In this document: positions 34,040-41,235 of the stretch, one piece after another | Numbering within the stretch: the stretch's first letter is position 1 | How the letters are laid out: every line of letters starts with the position of its first letter | Position numbers and translations under genes: made by a program | DNA from: Minisyncoccota bacterium | GTDB taxonomy: Bacteria > Patescibacteriota > Minisyncoccia > Phycocordibacterales > DSPV01 | Assembly (NCBI GenBank): GCA_036517235.1 | Contig: DATDXL010000013.1 | Coordinates: 1-41,235 of the forward strand | Direction of reading: 5' to 3' | Length of the DNA: 41,235 nt | The notes under the pieces: model-generated | What the model saw: the letters and a program-made list of their open reading frames with translations, nothing else | Database searches by the model: none | Told to the model about the DNA's origin: nothing

Positions 34040-34219
34040 TTATTCAAAGGGATCATAATCGCAAGTTCTCACATCGCCTTGCCAACAATTTCCCAAAAGC
34101 TCGTAAAGATTAATTCGCTCTGTACCGAAGATGCTTTCATGCGTCCACAGCCGAATAAACCCCACTACAAAAAATAGGACGAGGCCGATAATCGTAATAA
34201 TTACAAACTTCTTATTCAT
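34040..34219 (-). CDS. Possible small membrane protein (59 aa; below the ORF-track cutoff)
   Basis: Hand-translated: MNKKFVIITIIGLVLFFVVGFIRLWTHESIFGTERINLYELLGNCWQGDVRTCDYDPFE. One TM; no SD. Confidence 0.35.
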   Translation of the reverse strand: MNKKFVIITIIGLVLFFVVGFIRLWTHESIFGTERINLYELLGNCWQGDVRTCDYDPFE

Positions 34220-34289
34220 GAGTTACCAAATATTTTCATAGCATTATCAACATTTTGAATCGTCATTATTATTCTTGATATTTACATTT

Positions 34290-34337
34290 TGGCTTCTATA
34301 CCCCTCCTCACCCATATGGCCATCTACTCCATTTCAT
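34290..34337 (-). pseudogene. Frameshifted remnant of a third copy of the MKW(S/N)RW(P/Q)YW membrane-protein family
   Basis: ATGAAATGGAGTAGATGGCCATATGGGTGAGGAGGGG matches the paralog A start (ATGAAATGGAATAGATGGCCATATTGGGTGAGGGGAGG) except for a missing T, giving MKWSRWPYG-stop. Confidence 0.5.
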
Positions 34338-34389
34338 GTCTTTCTCTTTTTTTAAGCTCTAAGCATCAAGCCCAAAGCTCCAAGCTGGT

Positions 34390-34707
34390 CTAAACATAAT
34401 ACTCTTTTAAGCTGTTTTCCACGACTGTGGCCGCCTTTTTGGGTGAATCCGCCTTCAATAGTGCCTTTGCGCATTCTTCATCCAAAAGCACTTCCGCGAC
34501 CCACTTCGAGAAATCATTCTTCTCTTCATGCACATGATGTGCGTATTGTTCCTTGGTCATATAGTTGTACGCTCGCCAGAGATCGCTCAGATTAGAGAGT
34601 ACCGGACCGTTATACACCCAAAAACACCTTTCATTGTAGGCATTCACCAGAAGCTTCTTCTGATCGGCATCTTTGACCGACACTTTTTTTATGAGCCGTT
34701 TAAACAT
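34390..34707 (-). CDS. Small conserved-looking protein coupled to GH57 (possibly DUF5752-like)
   Basis: 8-nt overlap with the GH57 stop. The pattern CFWVYNGPVLSNLSDL...HHVHEEKNDFSKWVAEVLLDEECAK recalls small proteins found beside GH57/GT genes. The family name is from memory only. Confidence 0.55.
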   Translation of the reverse strand: MFKRLIKKVSVKDADQKKLLVNAYNERCFWVYNGPVLSNLSDLWRAYNYMTKEQYAHHVHEEKNDFSKWVAEVLLDEECAKALLKADSPKKAATVVENSLKEYYV

Positions 34708-35926
34708 GGGCGGATCTTTCTAATCGCACACGCAAATCATTGAGCACGTTCATAAACGTGATAAATGCCTCGTAGGGAGACTCGTAGGGGTTGAAATACT
34801 TGTGCACATCGCCGTCGTTCCACCATTTCGTACACATATAGTAAAAATGGTCGGATGTCTGGAGCCGCCGCCAGTCCTCGAGTATCGTCTCGTCGCTCGA
34901 CGAGAGCACCTTTGGCTCAAGCGCGTAGAGCTTCTCGATGGCATCGCGTTGCATGGGATTATGAAGCCATGCCGAAAGATCCCGTTCCACATCCGCCCAC
35001 GACACGAACTGCGGCACATCGATCTCTCCCACGCTACGATAGTTGGCCACCGCCTCAGAGGGGGTGATGAATGAGTTATCGGGATGCTTGTAGACCTCTG
35101 CCGGAAGCGCTCGGAGGAATTCAAAGATGCCTGTATCCGCCCACTGGTGTTCCCCGAACGTCTCGTAATCCATGAACAGATTCACCAAGTCCCCGCTACC
35201 ATTGAGGGCGCTTATCCACTGCACATACCTGTCCGCATGAAGGGGGTATTCGCTCCATTCACGCGAGCTGAAGCGAAACGCGATATCATCCGACAAGCGA
35301 TAATTCTTGAGGAGGATCTTTATCTTACTTGCCATATCGGCACTGCCAGGGTTCTGTGGCGGCCGATAGAGAAAGTTGGGACTCCGCCAACCGAGTACGC
35401 TGTCGGCTCCTTCAGCAAGAACTCCGCGATACCCCATTTCCTCCACGGCCTTCGCAAGCTCGTTATTATAGATAAGCTCGGTGTTACGGAATACGTGCGG
35501 CTCTACGCCAAAGAGGTCCCAGAGCTTGTCCGCGTGCAATTTGACCTGCCGCTTGAATTCCTCCCGTGAGTATACGAACGAGAGAGAGTGGTAGTACGTC
35601 TCCGCCAAGAGCTCTACGCGTCCGGTGTCCAAAAGTCTTTTAAAAGAATCAAGGGTCTCCGGGCTGTATTCTTCGAGTTGCTCAAGAAGCACTCCAGAAA
35701 GCGAGAAGCTGATTTTGAACTCGGGATACGCCTGCAGTAACTCGAGCATTAGCGCATTTGTCGGAAGGTATGCCTTGCCTGCCACTTTCTCGACGATCTT
35801 TTTATTGTTGAGCTTTCCGTCAGAACGATCGTTGAAGTACAGGGGGTCACGTCCGATATCGAATATCCTATAGCGCTTGAGGCGCCGAGGCTGGTGGACT
35901 TGAAAGTAAAAACAAATCGCGGGCAC
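34700..35926 (-). CDS. Glycoside hydrolase family 57 (alpha-amylase/alpha-glucan-processing enzyme)
   Basis: N-terminal ICFYFQVHQPRRL, then HSLSF, FRNTELIY and ETFGEHQW blocks typical of GH57. Confidence 0.9.
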   Translation of the reverse strand: MPAICFYFQVHQPRRLKRYRIFDIGRDPLYFNDRSDGKLNNKKIVEKVAGKAYLPTNALMLELLQAYPEFKISFSLSGVLLEQLEEYSPETLDSFKRLLDTGRVELLAETYYHSLSFVYSREEFKRQVKLHADKLWDLFGVEPHVFRNTELIYNNELAKAVEEMGYRGVLAEGADSVLGWRSPNFLYRPPQNPGSADMASKIKILLKNYRLSDDIAFRFSSREWSEYPLHADRYVQWISALNGSGDLVNLFMDYETFGEHQWADTGIFEFLRALPAEVYKHPDNSFITPSEAVANYRSVGEIDVPQFVSWADVERDLSAWLHNPMQRDAIEKLYALEPKVLSSSDETILEDWRRLQTSDHFYYMCTKWWNDGDVHKYFNPYESPYEAFITFMNVLNDLRVRLERSAHV

Positions 35927-35935
35927 TGTAATAGC

Positions 35936-36226
35936 TTAGGGCTTAGGGCTTGAAGCTTCCGATTTTTTCATTTTGCCGTAGAGCCAACCGAGAATTGTCC
36001 CAAGAATAAAATAGATACTAGTCAATATGACTACCGTTCTAAAATCTTGAGGAATAAAATCTTGAAACAAGAGAAGAAGCGGGAAAGCCATCAGGAGAAA
36101 AAATATCGTTGCGATTGTTCCAACAATACTACTACCGCCATATACCGAAAGTGCCGAAACACAAAACGAAATAAGCGCACCCAAACCTCCTCCCCTCACC
36201 CAATATGGCCATCTATTCCATTTCAT
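35936..36226 (-). CDS. Small polytopic membrane protein, paralog A of the repeated family (96 aa)
   Basis: MKWNRWPYW... and ...GWLYGKMK termini are shared with the 31630-31950 ORF, and the leader is conserved. Confidence 0.65.
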   Translation of the reverse strand: MKWNRWPYWVRGGGLGALISFCVSALSVYGGSSIVGTIATIFFLLMAFPLLLLFQDFIPQDFRTVVILTSIYFILGTILGWLYGKMKKSEASSPKP

Positions 36227-36279
36227 AATCTTTTTTTTACTATACTCTACACCCTATTCCCTCTACCCTTCTCTCCATT
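36227..36279 (-). repeat. Conserved G-tract leader upstream of paralog A
   Basis: Minus strand reads TAGGGTAGAATGGAGAGAAGGGTAGAGGGAATAGGGTGTAGAGTATAGTAAAAAAAAGATT-ATG. Confidence 0.8.
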
Positions 36280-37515
36280 CTACCCTAACGGGTACAGAAG
36301 TTGCTTATAAATGGTGATGCATGCTCTGGCAGCATGCTTCCAACTTAAGGAGGGCAGTTCCTTGCTCGCATTCTCGCGCATCTCTGCCGCCAGAGGCTTG
36401 TGAAAGAGCATCCCCACGATAGCATCGGCGATAGCGTCGATATCCCAAAAGTCTACTTTGAGGGCATTGTGCACTACTTCACTGACACCCGACTGCTTGG
36501 AGAGTATGACGGGAGTCCCGTTACGCATCGCCTCAAGGGCAGTCAGGCCGAAAGGTTCCGAGACCGACGTCATGACATAGAGATCCGCGGCACGATACAG
36601 ACCTTCAAGCTCAGGACCACGCAGAAATCCGGCGAATATCACTTTATCCGAAATACCCAGCCACGCTGCTTCGCGCATGATTTGCCACTCCATATCTCCC
36701 GAACCAGCGATGACGAAATACACATCGGGGTAGACTTCAAGTACGCGACGGGCAGCACGAAGAAAATAGTCAGGTCCTTTCTGAAGCGTCAGACGCCCCA
36801 CGAAGAGCACTATCTTTTTGCCCGATGCTTTGAGTGCCTTCAGGCGCAACGCTTCTTGTTCCCCTTCGCTTCTTCCTACTGGCACGATATCGATGCCGTT
36901 GTGAATGACATGTACCTTTCTGGGGAATATGCCGTACCTGTCCACGACGATACGTTTCGTAAAGTCACTGACCGTTACCACCACATCCGCTTCCTGCATA
37001 CCGTATTTCTCCATCTCGTAGATCTCTTTGTTCGCTCCGCCGCCCGTCCTGTCGAATTCAGTCGCATGCACGTGCGCGATGAAGGGTTTGCCCGACATGT
37101 GTTTAGCCGCCAATCCGGCTCCGAACGAGAGCCAGTCGTGGGCGTGGATGACATCGAACGCTTCGTTACGCGCGAGCTCGGCAGCGCGCAGCGCGTAAAG
37201 CTTCACCTCTTCAAGCAAGGTCAGTCCGTATATCTCCGGTTCCCCGTCGCGCATTTTTTTGTAAGCACTTGAACCGACATAGGGTTTCAGCAAAGAATTG
37301 ATCGCGGTGACCGTAACACCGGGAAGATAGGCATCCGCGAATTCAAGATGAGCAAACGGAGACTCGATATCAAGCTTCTTTGGCAAAACGAAAGTAATCT
37401 CTACGTCTTCGTCTGAAAGACCTTGAACAAGCCCGAGACAAGCAGTGCCTAAGCCTCCGCTGTTGAAGGGAGGAAATTCCCATCCGAACATCAATACTTT
37501 TATCGGTTTCCTCAC
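36280..37515 (-). CDS. GT4-family glycosyltransferase, glycogen/alpha-glucan synthase-like
   Basis: N-terminal KVLMFGWEFPPFNSGGLGTACLGL, a C-terminal GT1/GT4 E-x7-E region (SEPFGLTALEAM), and the operon context. Confidence 0.88.
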   Translation of the reverse strand: MRKPIKVLMFGWEFPPFNSGGLGTACLGLVQGLSDEDVEITFVLPKKLDIESPFAHLEFADAYLPGVTVTAINSLLKPYVGSSAYKKMRDGEPEIYGLTLLEEVKLYALRAAELARNEAFDVIHAHDWLSFGAGLAAKHMSGKPFIAHVHATEFDRTGGGANKEIYEMEKYGMQEADVVVTVSDFTKRIVVDRYGIFPRKVHVIHNGIDIVPVGRSEGEQEALRLKALKASGKKIVLFVGRLTLQKGPDYFLRAARRVLEVYPDVYFVIAGSGDMEWQIMREAAWLGISDKVIFAGFLRGPELEGLYRAADLYVMTSVSEPFGLTALEAMRNGTPVILSKQSGVSEVVHNALKVDFWDIDAIADAIVGMLFHKPLAAEMRENASKELPSLSWKHAARACITIYKQLLYPLG

Positions 37516-37634
37516 AAAATTTTATCGTTTGACGACTCCAAACACAAATAGAGCCTCCGAGATCGGCCCAATAGACCCTTCTAGTATAACGTTAATCGCC
37601 TCTTACCCTATCAAAAATGTGTACAGCAGATTAT

Positions 37635-37679
37635 GAAAAAGAAGAAAAGTGCCTCCCGCGCGTGGCGTGAGAGGCACTT
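37635..37679 (-). terminator. Terminator of the 37704-38117 gene
   Basis: AAGTGCCTC...GAGGCACTT stem (9 bp, 15-nt loop), followed on the minus strand by TTTCTTCTTTTTC. Confidence 0.6.
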
Positions 37680-37703
37680 CGTGAAAAACAGTTACGACTT
37701 GCG

Positions 37704-38117
37704 CTAAAGAGCTGGACGTGCCAGACCGTTCCAGCCGTGCCGCCGGAGCCAGAGACTCAGCGAACCGAGTCCATAGCCCACGAGCCAAACCAAGTGGAAT
37801 ATCACGGTGATCCCTGCGAGAAAAACGACTGTCACCGGAAAGATGTCCGGCATCAGATGGATCGTGAGCGTGTCTCCTGCATTGCTCATACCGCCACCGC
37901 CTCCAAAAGACATCTTTGCGGGAAGATCTTTGACGGGCTCGGAAGTGACACCGATTGGAAAGAATTTGCTTTCCTTCCATGTCCCTTCTCCGAAGTAGTA
38001 GTGGAGGCATTTCGTCGCGTCAAGCAAGGTATACTTCTCGTTGAAGGCCACGAAGGCAGTGGCGACCAACCACATTAGGAATGTGGCGTAAGTTAACCGA
38101 CTTGCAATCTTTTTCAT
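37704..38117 (-). CDS. Hypothetical membrane protein (137 aa from ATG 38117)
   Basis: N-terminal TM (YATFLMWLVATAFVAF), a Gly-rich loop, and a C-terminal TM pair. A terminator lies downstream. The track ORF extends upstream to 38237. Confidence 0.5.
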   Translation of the reverse strand: MKKIASRLTYATFLMWLVATAFVAFNEKYTLLDATKCLHYYFGEGTWKESKFFPIGVTSEPVKDLPAKMSFGGGGGMSNAGDTLTIHLMPDIFPVTVVFLAGITVIFHLVWLVGYGLGSLSLWLRRHGWNGLARPAL

Positions 38118-38290
38118 AACTGTTTTGGTTTTGGAGAACAATACTCGTCTGAACTGCAAAACATCAACAGAGATGCAAGCAGAGCAAACCTTGGCACGAA
38201 TGTGCCTTGTGCTTGTGCGCAAACCGCGCCACAGCAAAAGTATCTATAGCTAATTATAGCACACTAAGTGCTAGATAGTCAATACCCCTC

Positions 38291-38328
38291 CCAAAGGTCC
38301 GACCTTTTCCAAAAGGTCGGACCTTTGG
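38291..38328. repeat. Perfect 38-nt palindrome in a divergent intergenic region
   Basis: CCAAAGGTCCGACCTTTT-CC-AAAAGGTCGGACCTTTGG, with 18-bp arms. Confidence 0.85.
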
Positions 38329-38437
38329 AATACGTGTTATAGTCATCGTGTTAGAAGAAGGTTGCATAGGTCTATCGTAACAAAAATATCTCTCAATCAA
38401 GCAAGAAACGCAAGGGAATCCGACTTCCTTGATGCTA

Positions 38438-38465
38438 TTGACAATATATTGATATAGTGTATAAT
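38438..38465 (+). promoter_or_regulatory. Consensus promoter for the 38584-38976 gene (~115-nt leader)
   Basis: TTGACA-16 nt-TATAAT. The leader contains a CCGAGC...GCTCGG stem and AAAGG before the ATG. Confidence 0.5.
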
Positions 38466-38583
38466 GGTTACTGTAGTAGTTTTTTGTCGTATCAACCACA
38501 AACCCGCCTAAAGCACTCCCGAGCGTTCGCCGAAACCGAAACACTCATGGGATGCTCGGCTAAACCAGAAAGGTAGCAAACTC

Positions 38584-38976
38584 ATGAAATTCATGGCATT
38601 CCTCGGTCGAATTATTCGCACCATCGGTGGCGCGAATTTCCGACCTCAAACCCCGCCTCCGACGACCGCCATCAAACACTTCCCTTCACCCACCTCGGTG
38701 CCAACCACAAAAACGGTGACGGAGTCGGCCAAGACGGTTGAACCTGTCGTGAAGGGGCCGAAACCGCAAAAACCCCTTCTGTCCTTTAGCTGGGGCCGTG
38801 AAGGTCTCTGTGCGTTTCCCAAAAAGAGCAAGGGAAACCAGCTCCGCATCGTCATGCACGAGACAAACAGTGGTGGGTACCTGTACAGCCGGGTCGTCGA
38901 GACCCGAGGTGACATCGTCGTTGTTCGCCGCGGAAGCCAGACTTTCAAACGGCTTCTTGTGCCCCACCCTTACTAG
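38584..38976 (+). CDS. Hypothetical protein (130 aa; Pro/Thr-rich linker plus a small C-terminal domain)
   Basis: Promoter upstream and a strong terminator downstream. No family was recognised. Confidence 0.5.
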   Translation: MKFMAFLGRIIRTIGGANFRPQTPPPTTAIKHFPSPTSVPTTKTVTESAKTVEPVVKGPKPQKPLLSFSWGREGLCAFPKKSKGNQLRIVMHETNSGGYLYSRVVETRGDIVVVRRGSQTFKRLLVPHPY

Positions 38977-38994
38977 GCCAACCGCCAAATCTTA

Positions 38995-39032
38995 CCAACC
39001 CTACAAGCACAAGTGCTTGTAGGGTGGTTTTT
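38995..39032 (+). terminator. Rho-independent terminator of the 38584-38976 gene
   Basis: CCAACCCTACAAGCAC-AA-GTGCTTGTAGGGTGG followed by TTTTT. Confidence 0.75.
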
Positions 39033-39035
39033 ATT

Positions 39036-39071
39036 CAAAAAAACCGCTTCCAAAAAATCCTGGAAGCGGTT
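39036..39071 (-). terminator. Rho-independent terminator of the S8 protease gene
   Basis: AACCGCTTCCA-AAAAATCC-TGGAAGCGGTT, with TTTTTTT following on the minus strand. Confidence 0.75.
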
Positions 39072-39078
39072 GAGCGTT

Positions 39079-40713
39079 TCAAAAAAGATACCGGTACATC
39101 ACCTTGTCAGCGATCGCATTGGTATCCGTCAGAGACAGAACCGAGTTCGTACCTCGGACGTAACCGATATAGACCCATTCGGTCATGTCGATCGAACGTT
39201 CAACGGTGTAGGTCAGATTCGGCAGCGTGTTGGTGAGCTCGAGTGAAACAGTTCCCTGCTCCTTATCAAGCTCCCGAATGTGTATCTCTGCCTTGAGACT
39301 CGCAAGCGAGCGGTAGAGATTGAGCCTCCCGCCGGAGATGGTGTTAGTCCCGATATCCCACCCGGGATCAACCGTTGCATTAAGCAGATGGATGACCTGC
39401 TCAGGTACAAGCCCTGGGTAGTGCTCCATGACCAGTGCGGCTACGCCACTGACGTGAGATGCCGCGTACGAGGTCCCATTCCCGAACGCATATCCACCAT
39501 CTGCGTACAGCGAGAGCACATAGAACCCCGGTGCCATGATATCAACGGTGTTGCGACCGATGGGAGACGCACCCGGGGCAAGCCGATCGTCCGGCATCGA
39601 GCTTGCAACCACGCAGATGTTCCCAAAACCGTCTGGGTTGAATGCCGTTTTCTTCCAGCGTGCTGGATAGTCCGGATACAGCGTGTCGTAATCAACGAAA
39701 CTATTGACCGTGGCAGCGACACAGAGAACTCCCGCTGCATTAGCGGCGGCAAATGCCTCTTTGAGGGCAAGTGGTTCGGTGCCGACGAATCCCCAACTGC
39801 AGTTGATTATCTTCGCACCCTTCGCGAGAGCATAATCAAACCCGGTGACTATTCCCACTTCATCGAAGAACGTTCTGACAACCATGATGTGGGCGTCTCT
39901 GACAATCCCTGCGGTGCCGATACCATTGTCCGGTATTGCACCGACCCCCCCCCCGACCATCGTTCCATGTGTTCCCCAATCAGCAGTGAGGTTCGTCACG
40001 ATGAGCGATCCGTTCGTGCCCTTGTAGATACCGATGCCATTGATATCGTTTGTGATACCGTTAGCGTCGTTGTCTATCTCGTCCCAAGCGATTTCAGCCG
40101 TGTTCGTCCAGAGTATTCCCTGGGCGTCGGGATGACCACCAGCAAAGCCAGAGTCTATGACAGCGACCACCACATGCGGTGCCGATGCCTGAATCTCCCA
40201 CCCCTCGAGCAGGTGGATGCTTGCGTCTTTCCGTGCCGGCACCATGCTCCCGATGGGAATGCCATTGGATACCAGGTTGATTGGACGACCCATGTTGTTG
40301 TGGGTCATGGCGCCATAGGTATTCCGAGTAAACGTAAAGTTGTTCACCCACCTGATCTGGTTTGTGCAAGCATAGAGCGGGTCATTCGGGGGTGAAAAAT
40401 CCCTCGGTTCGCCGACAATGTTCGGCTTGATGAACTCGAACATCCCATTGGTCCGATAACTCGCGACAATGCTATCCGCGGAAGCGCGGGGAATCTCGAG
40501 AATCTGGATGCCACCAACATTTTTCAGCGTCCGTGCGACACGCACACCGTTACTGACGTGCGCTTTCGAGACACGTGCTACCGATTGCCCGACTTTAGGC
40601 TTGGCGAGGAAAAGTTCAACGTCGCCTTGATCGTCAACGAGACGTTTTCCCGTGCCCAAACCAATTACGACCCCGAGTTGGAGTGAAGCTATGAGCAGAA
40701 TTGTCGCTTTCAT
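39079..40713 (-). CDS. Secreted subtilisin-like serine protease (peptidase S8) with a C-terminal beta-sandwich tail
   Basis: Catalytic triad contexts VVAVIDSGF (Asp), HGTMVGG (His) and GTSYAASHVSG (Ser). Signal peptide from MKATILLIASLQLG. Start set at ATG 40713, 5 nt after AAAGGA. Confidence 0.9.
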   Translation of the reverse strand: MKATILLIASLQLGVVIGLGTGKRLVDDQGDVELFLAKPKVGQSVARVSKAHVSNGVRVARTLKNVGGIQILEIPRASADSIVASYRTNGMFEFIKPNIVGEPRDFSPPNDPLYACTNQIRWVNNFTFTRNTYGAMTHNNMGRPINLVSNGIPIGSMVPARKDASIHLLEGWEIQASAPHVVVAVIDSGFAGGHPDAQGILWTNTAEIAWDEIDNDANGITNDINGIGIYKGTNGSLIVTNLTADWGTHGTMVGGGVGAIPDNGIGTAGIVRDAHIMVVRTFFDEVGIVTGFDYALAKGAKIINCSWGFVGTEPLALKEAFAAANAAGVLCVAATVNSFVDYDTLYPDYPARWKKTAFNPDGFGNICVVASSMPDDRLAPGASPIGRNTVDIMAPGFYVLSLYADGGYAFGNGTSYAASHVSGVAALVMEHYPGLVPEQVIHLLNATVDPGWDIGTNTISGGRLNLYRSLASLKAEIHIRELDKEQGTVSLELTNTLPNLTYTVERSIDMTEWVYIGYVRGTNSVLSLTDTNAIADKVMYRYLF

Positions 40714-40898
40714 GTTATTCCTTTCTTTGGGGTACAAAAAACCCGTCGTCTTCATGAAGACAGGTCCGAAATCACACTATACCTAAACACAAACCCGCGC
40801 AAGACAAGCTGTCGGTCACAAAGAAGGGTCGAGACGTCCAGACATTTTCTCGCGCATAAAAAATTATGTCAACGAAAAAAGGCCTAAAAACAAGGCTG

Positions 40899-40953
40899 TT
40901 TATCCCCATCTTGCTAACATCTTTTCCGCAGACTTTCCCACAGCTTTATCCCC
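40899..40953 (+). promoter_or_regulatory. Cluster of four same-orientation DnaA-box-like 9-mers
   Basis: TTATCCCCA (40899), TTTTCCGCA (40921), TTTCCCACA (40933), TTATCCCCA (40945). Each is 1-2 mismatches from TTATCCACA. Confidence 0.45.
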
Positions 40954-40978
40954 AACTCTTTTTTGAAAAATCCGAGAG

Positions 40979-41030
40979 TGGATGCCAAATCGGGAAACGA
41001 CCCGGCGGATTGCAGGGTTGATTTGGCATC
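40979..41030. other. 12-bp perfect hairpin with a structured 28-nt interior
   Basis: GGATGCCAAATC ... GATTTGGCATCC. The interior contains GGG-AAACGA-CCC. Confidence 0.6.
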
Positions 41031-41235
41031 CGCTTCCGGATTCTTTACGTAAGGGGCATACCTTCCTTTTGCGCATACTAATCATGGCTATGAAAAAATA
41101 AACCCTGCTCGTCCATATCCTCGCAGCAGAGCTGACGAGGTATTAGGAGAGCAGAACTTTATTTTGAGAACCCCTCGGTTCTCAACGCTCGCTCGCCGAT
41201 TCGCTCACTGCTCTCCTCTGCGGGGAAACTCCCGT

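Noticed and set aside
35935-35952. TTAGGGCTTAGGGCTT and TAGGGTTTAGGG (31638-31650) as telomere-like repeats.
   Set aside because: There are only two or three units, inside a bacterial operon and partly coding. They are better explained as part of the TAGGG-rich repeats flanking the small membrane genes.
38254-38544. 96-aa minus-strand ORF in the divergent spacer.
   Set aside because: It reads straight through the 38-nt perfect palindrome and the plus-strand consensus promoter. It has no SD, and its composition looks noncoding.
40900-41085. 61-aa minus-strand ORF at the right end.
   Set aside because: It is superimposed on the DnaA-box-like array and the 12-bp hairpin. The product is Arg/Lys/Ser-rich and resembles neither L34 nor any other origin-proximal small protein.

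Overview
This 41.2-kb chromosomal window is gene-dense, and its content suggests a small-genome CPR/Patescibacteria (Parcubacteria-like) bacterium. That placement is inference only, and all homology calls were made by eye from motifs.

Content from left to right:
- scpB (partial), a D-Ala-D-Ala carboxypeptidase, and a short dcw block (mraY-ftsW-murG, no murD).
- A PaaX/Cas2-fold-like regulator bracketed by two related palindromes, then gltX and an M23 peptidase.
- A low-density islet next to tRNA-Pro(GGG): a homing-endonuclease-repeat/nuclease-like ORF, small ORFs, a long hairpin and a lysozyme-like protein.
- A DEDD exonuclease, rpmA, a tandem MazG-like Cys-rich protein, rplI and ctpA.
- A signal-peptide beta-barrel-like protein, a CorA-like protein lacking GMN, cysS, dnaB and recR.
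- An IS481-like element, a yerC/trpR-like gene plus an unknown 260-aa protein, rplU, rmuC, yqeY and three small orphan ORFs.
- A long minus-strand sugar/glycogen operon: GT4 synthase, GH57, GH15, PGI/PMI, ROK kinase, then mpg.
- An S8 protease and, at the right edge, a cluster of DnaA-box-like 9-mers.

No rRNA, CRISPR array or recognisable defence system was seen.

The most unusual signal is inside the glycogen operon. A family of about 100-aa membrane proteins (two intact copies and one frameshifted remnant) is interleaved between the enzymes. Each intact copy has a near-identical G-tract-rich leader and is flanked by TAGGG-rich inverted repeats.

Other items worth a second look:
- a structured 150-nt inverted-repeat element filling the dnaB-recR spacer;
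- an orphan consensus promoter plus terminator that bound a ~180-nt unit with no convincing ORF;
- a terminator/antiterminator-like overlap at the end of yerC;
- recurrent leaderless-type promoter/start spacing;
- a possible oriC-type DnaA-box array.
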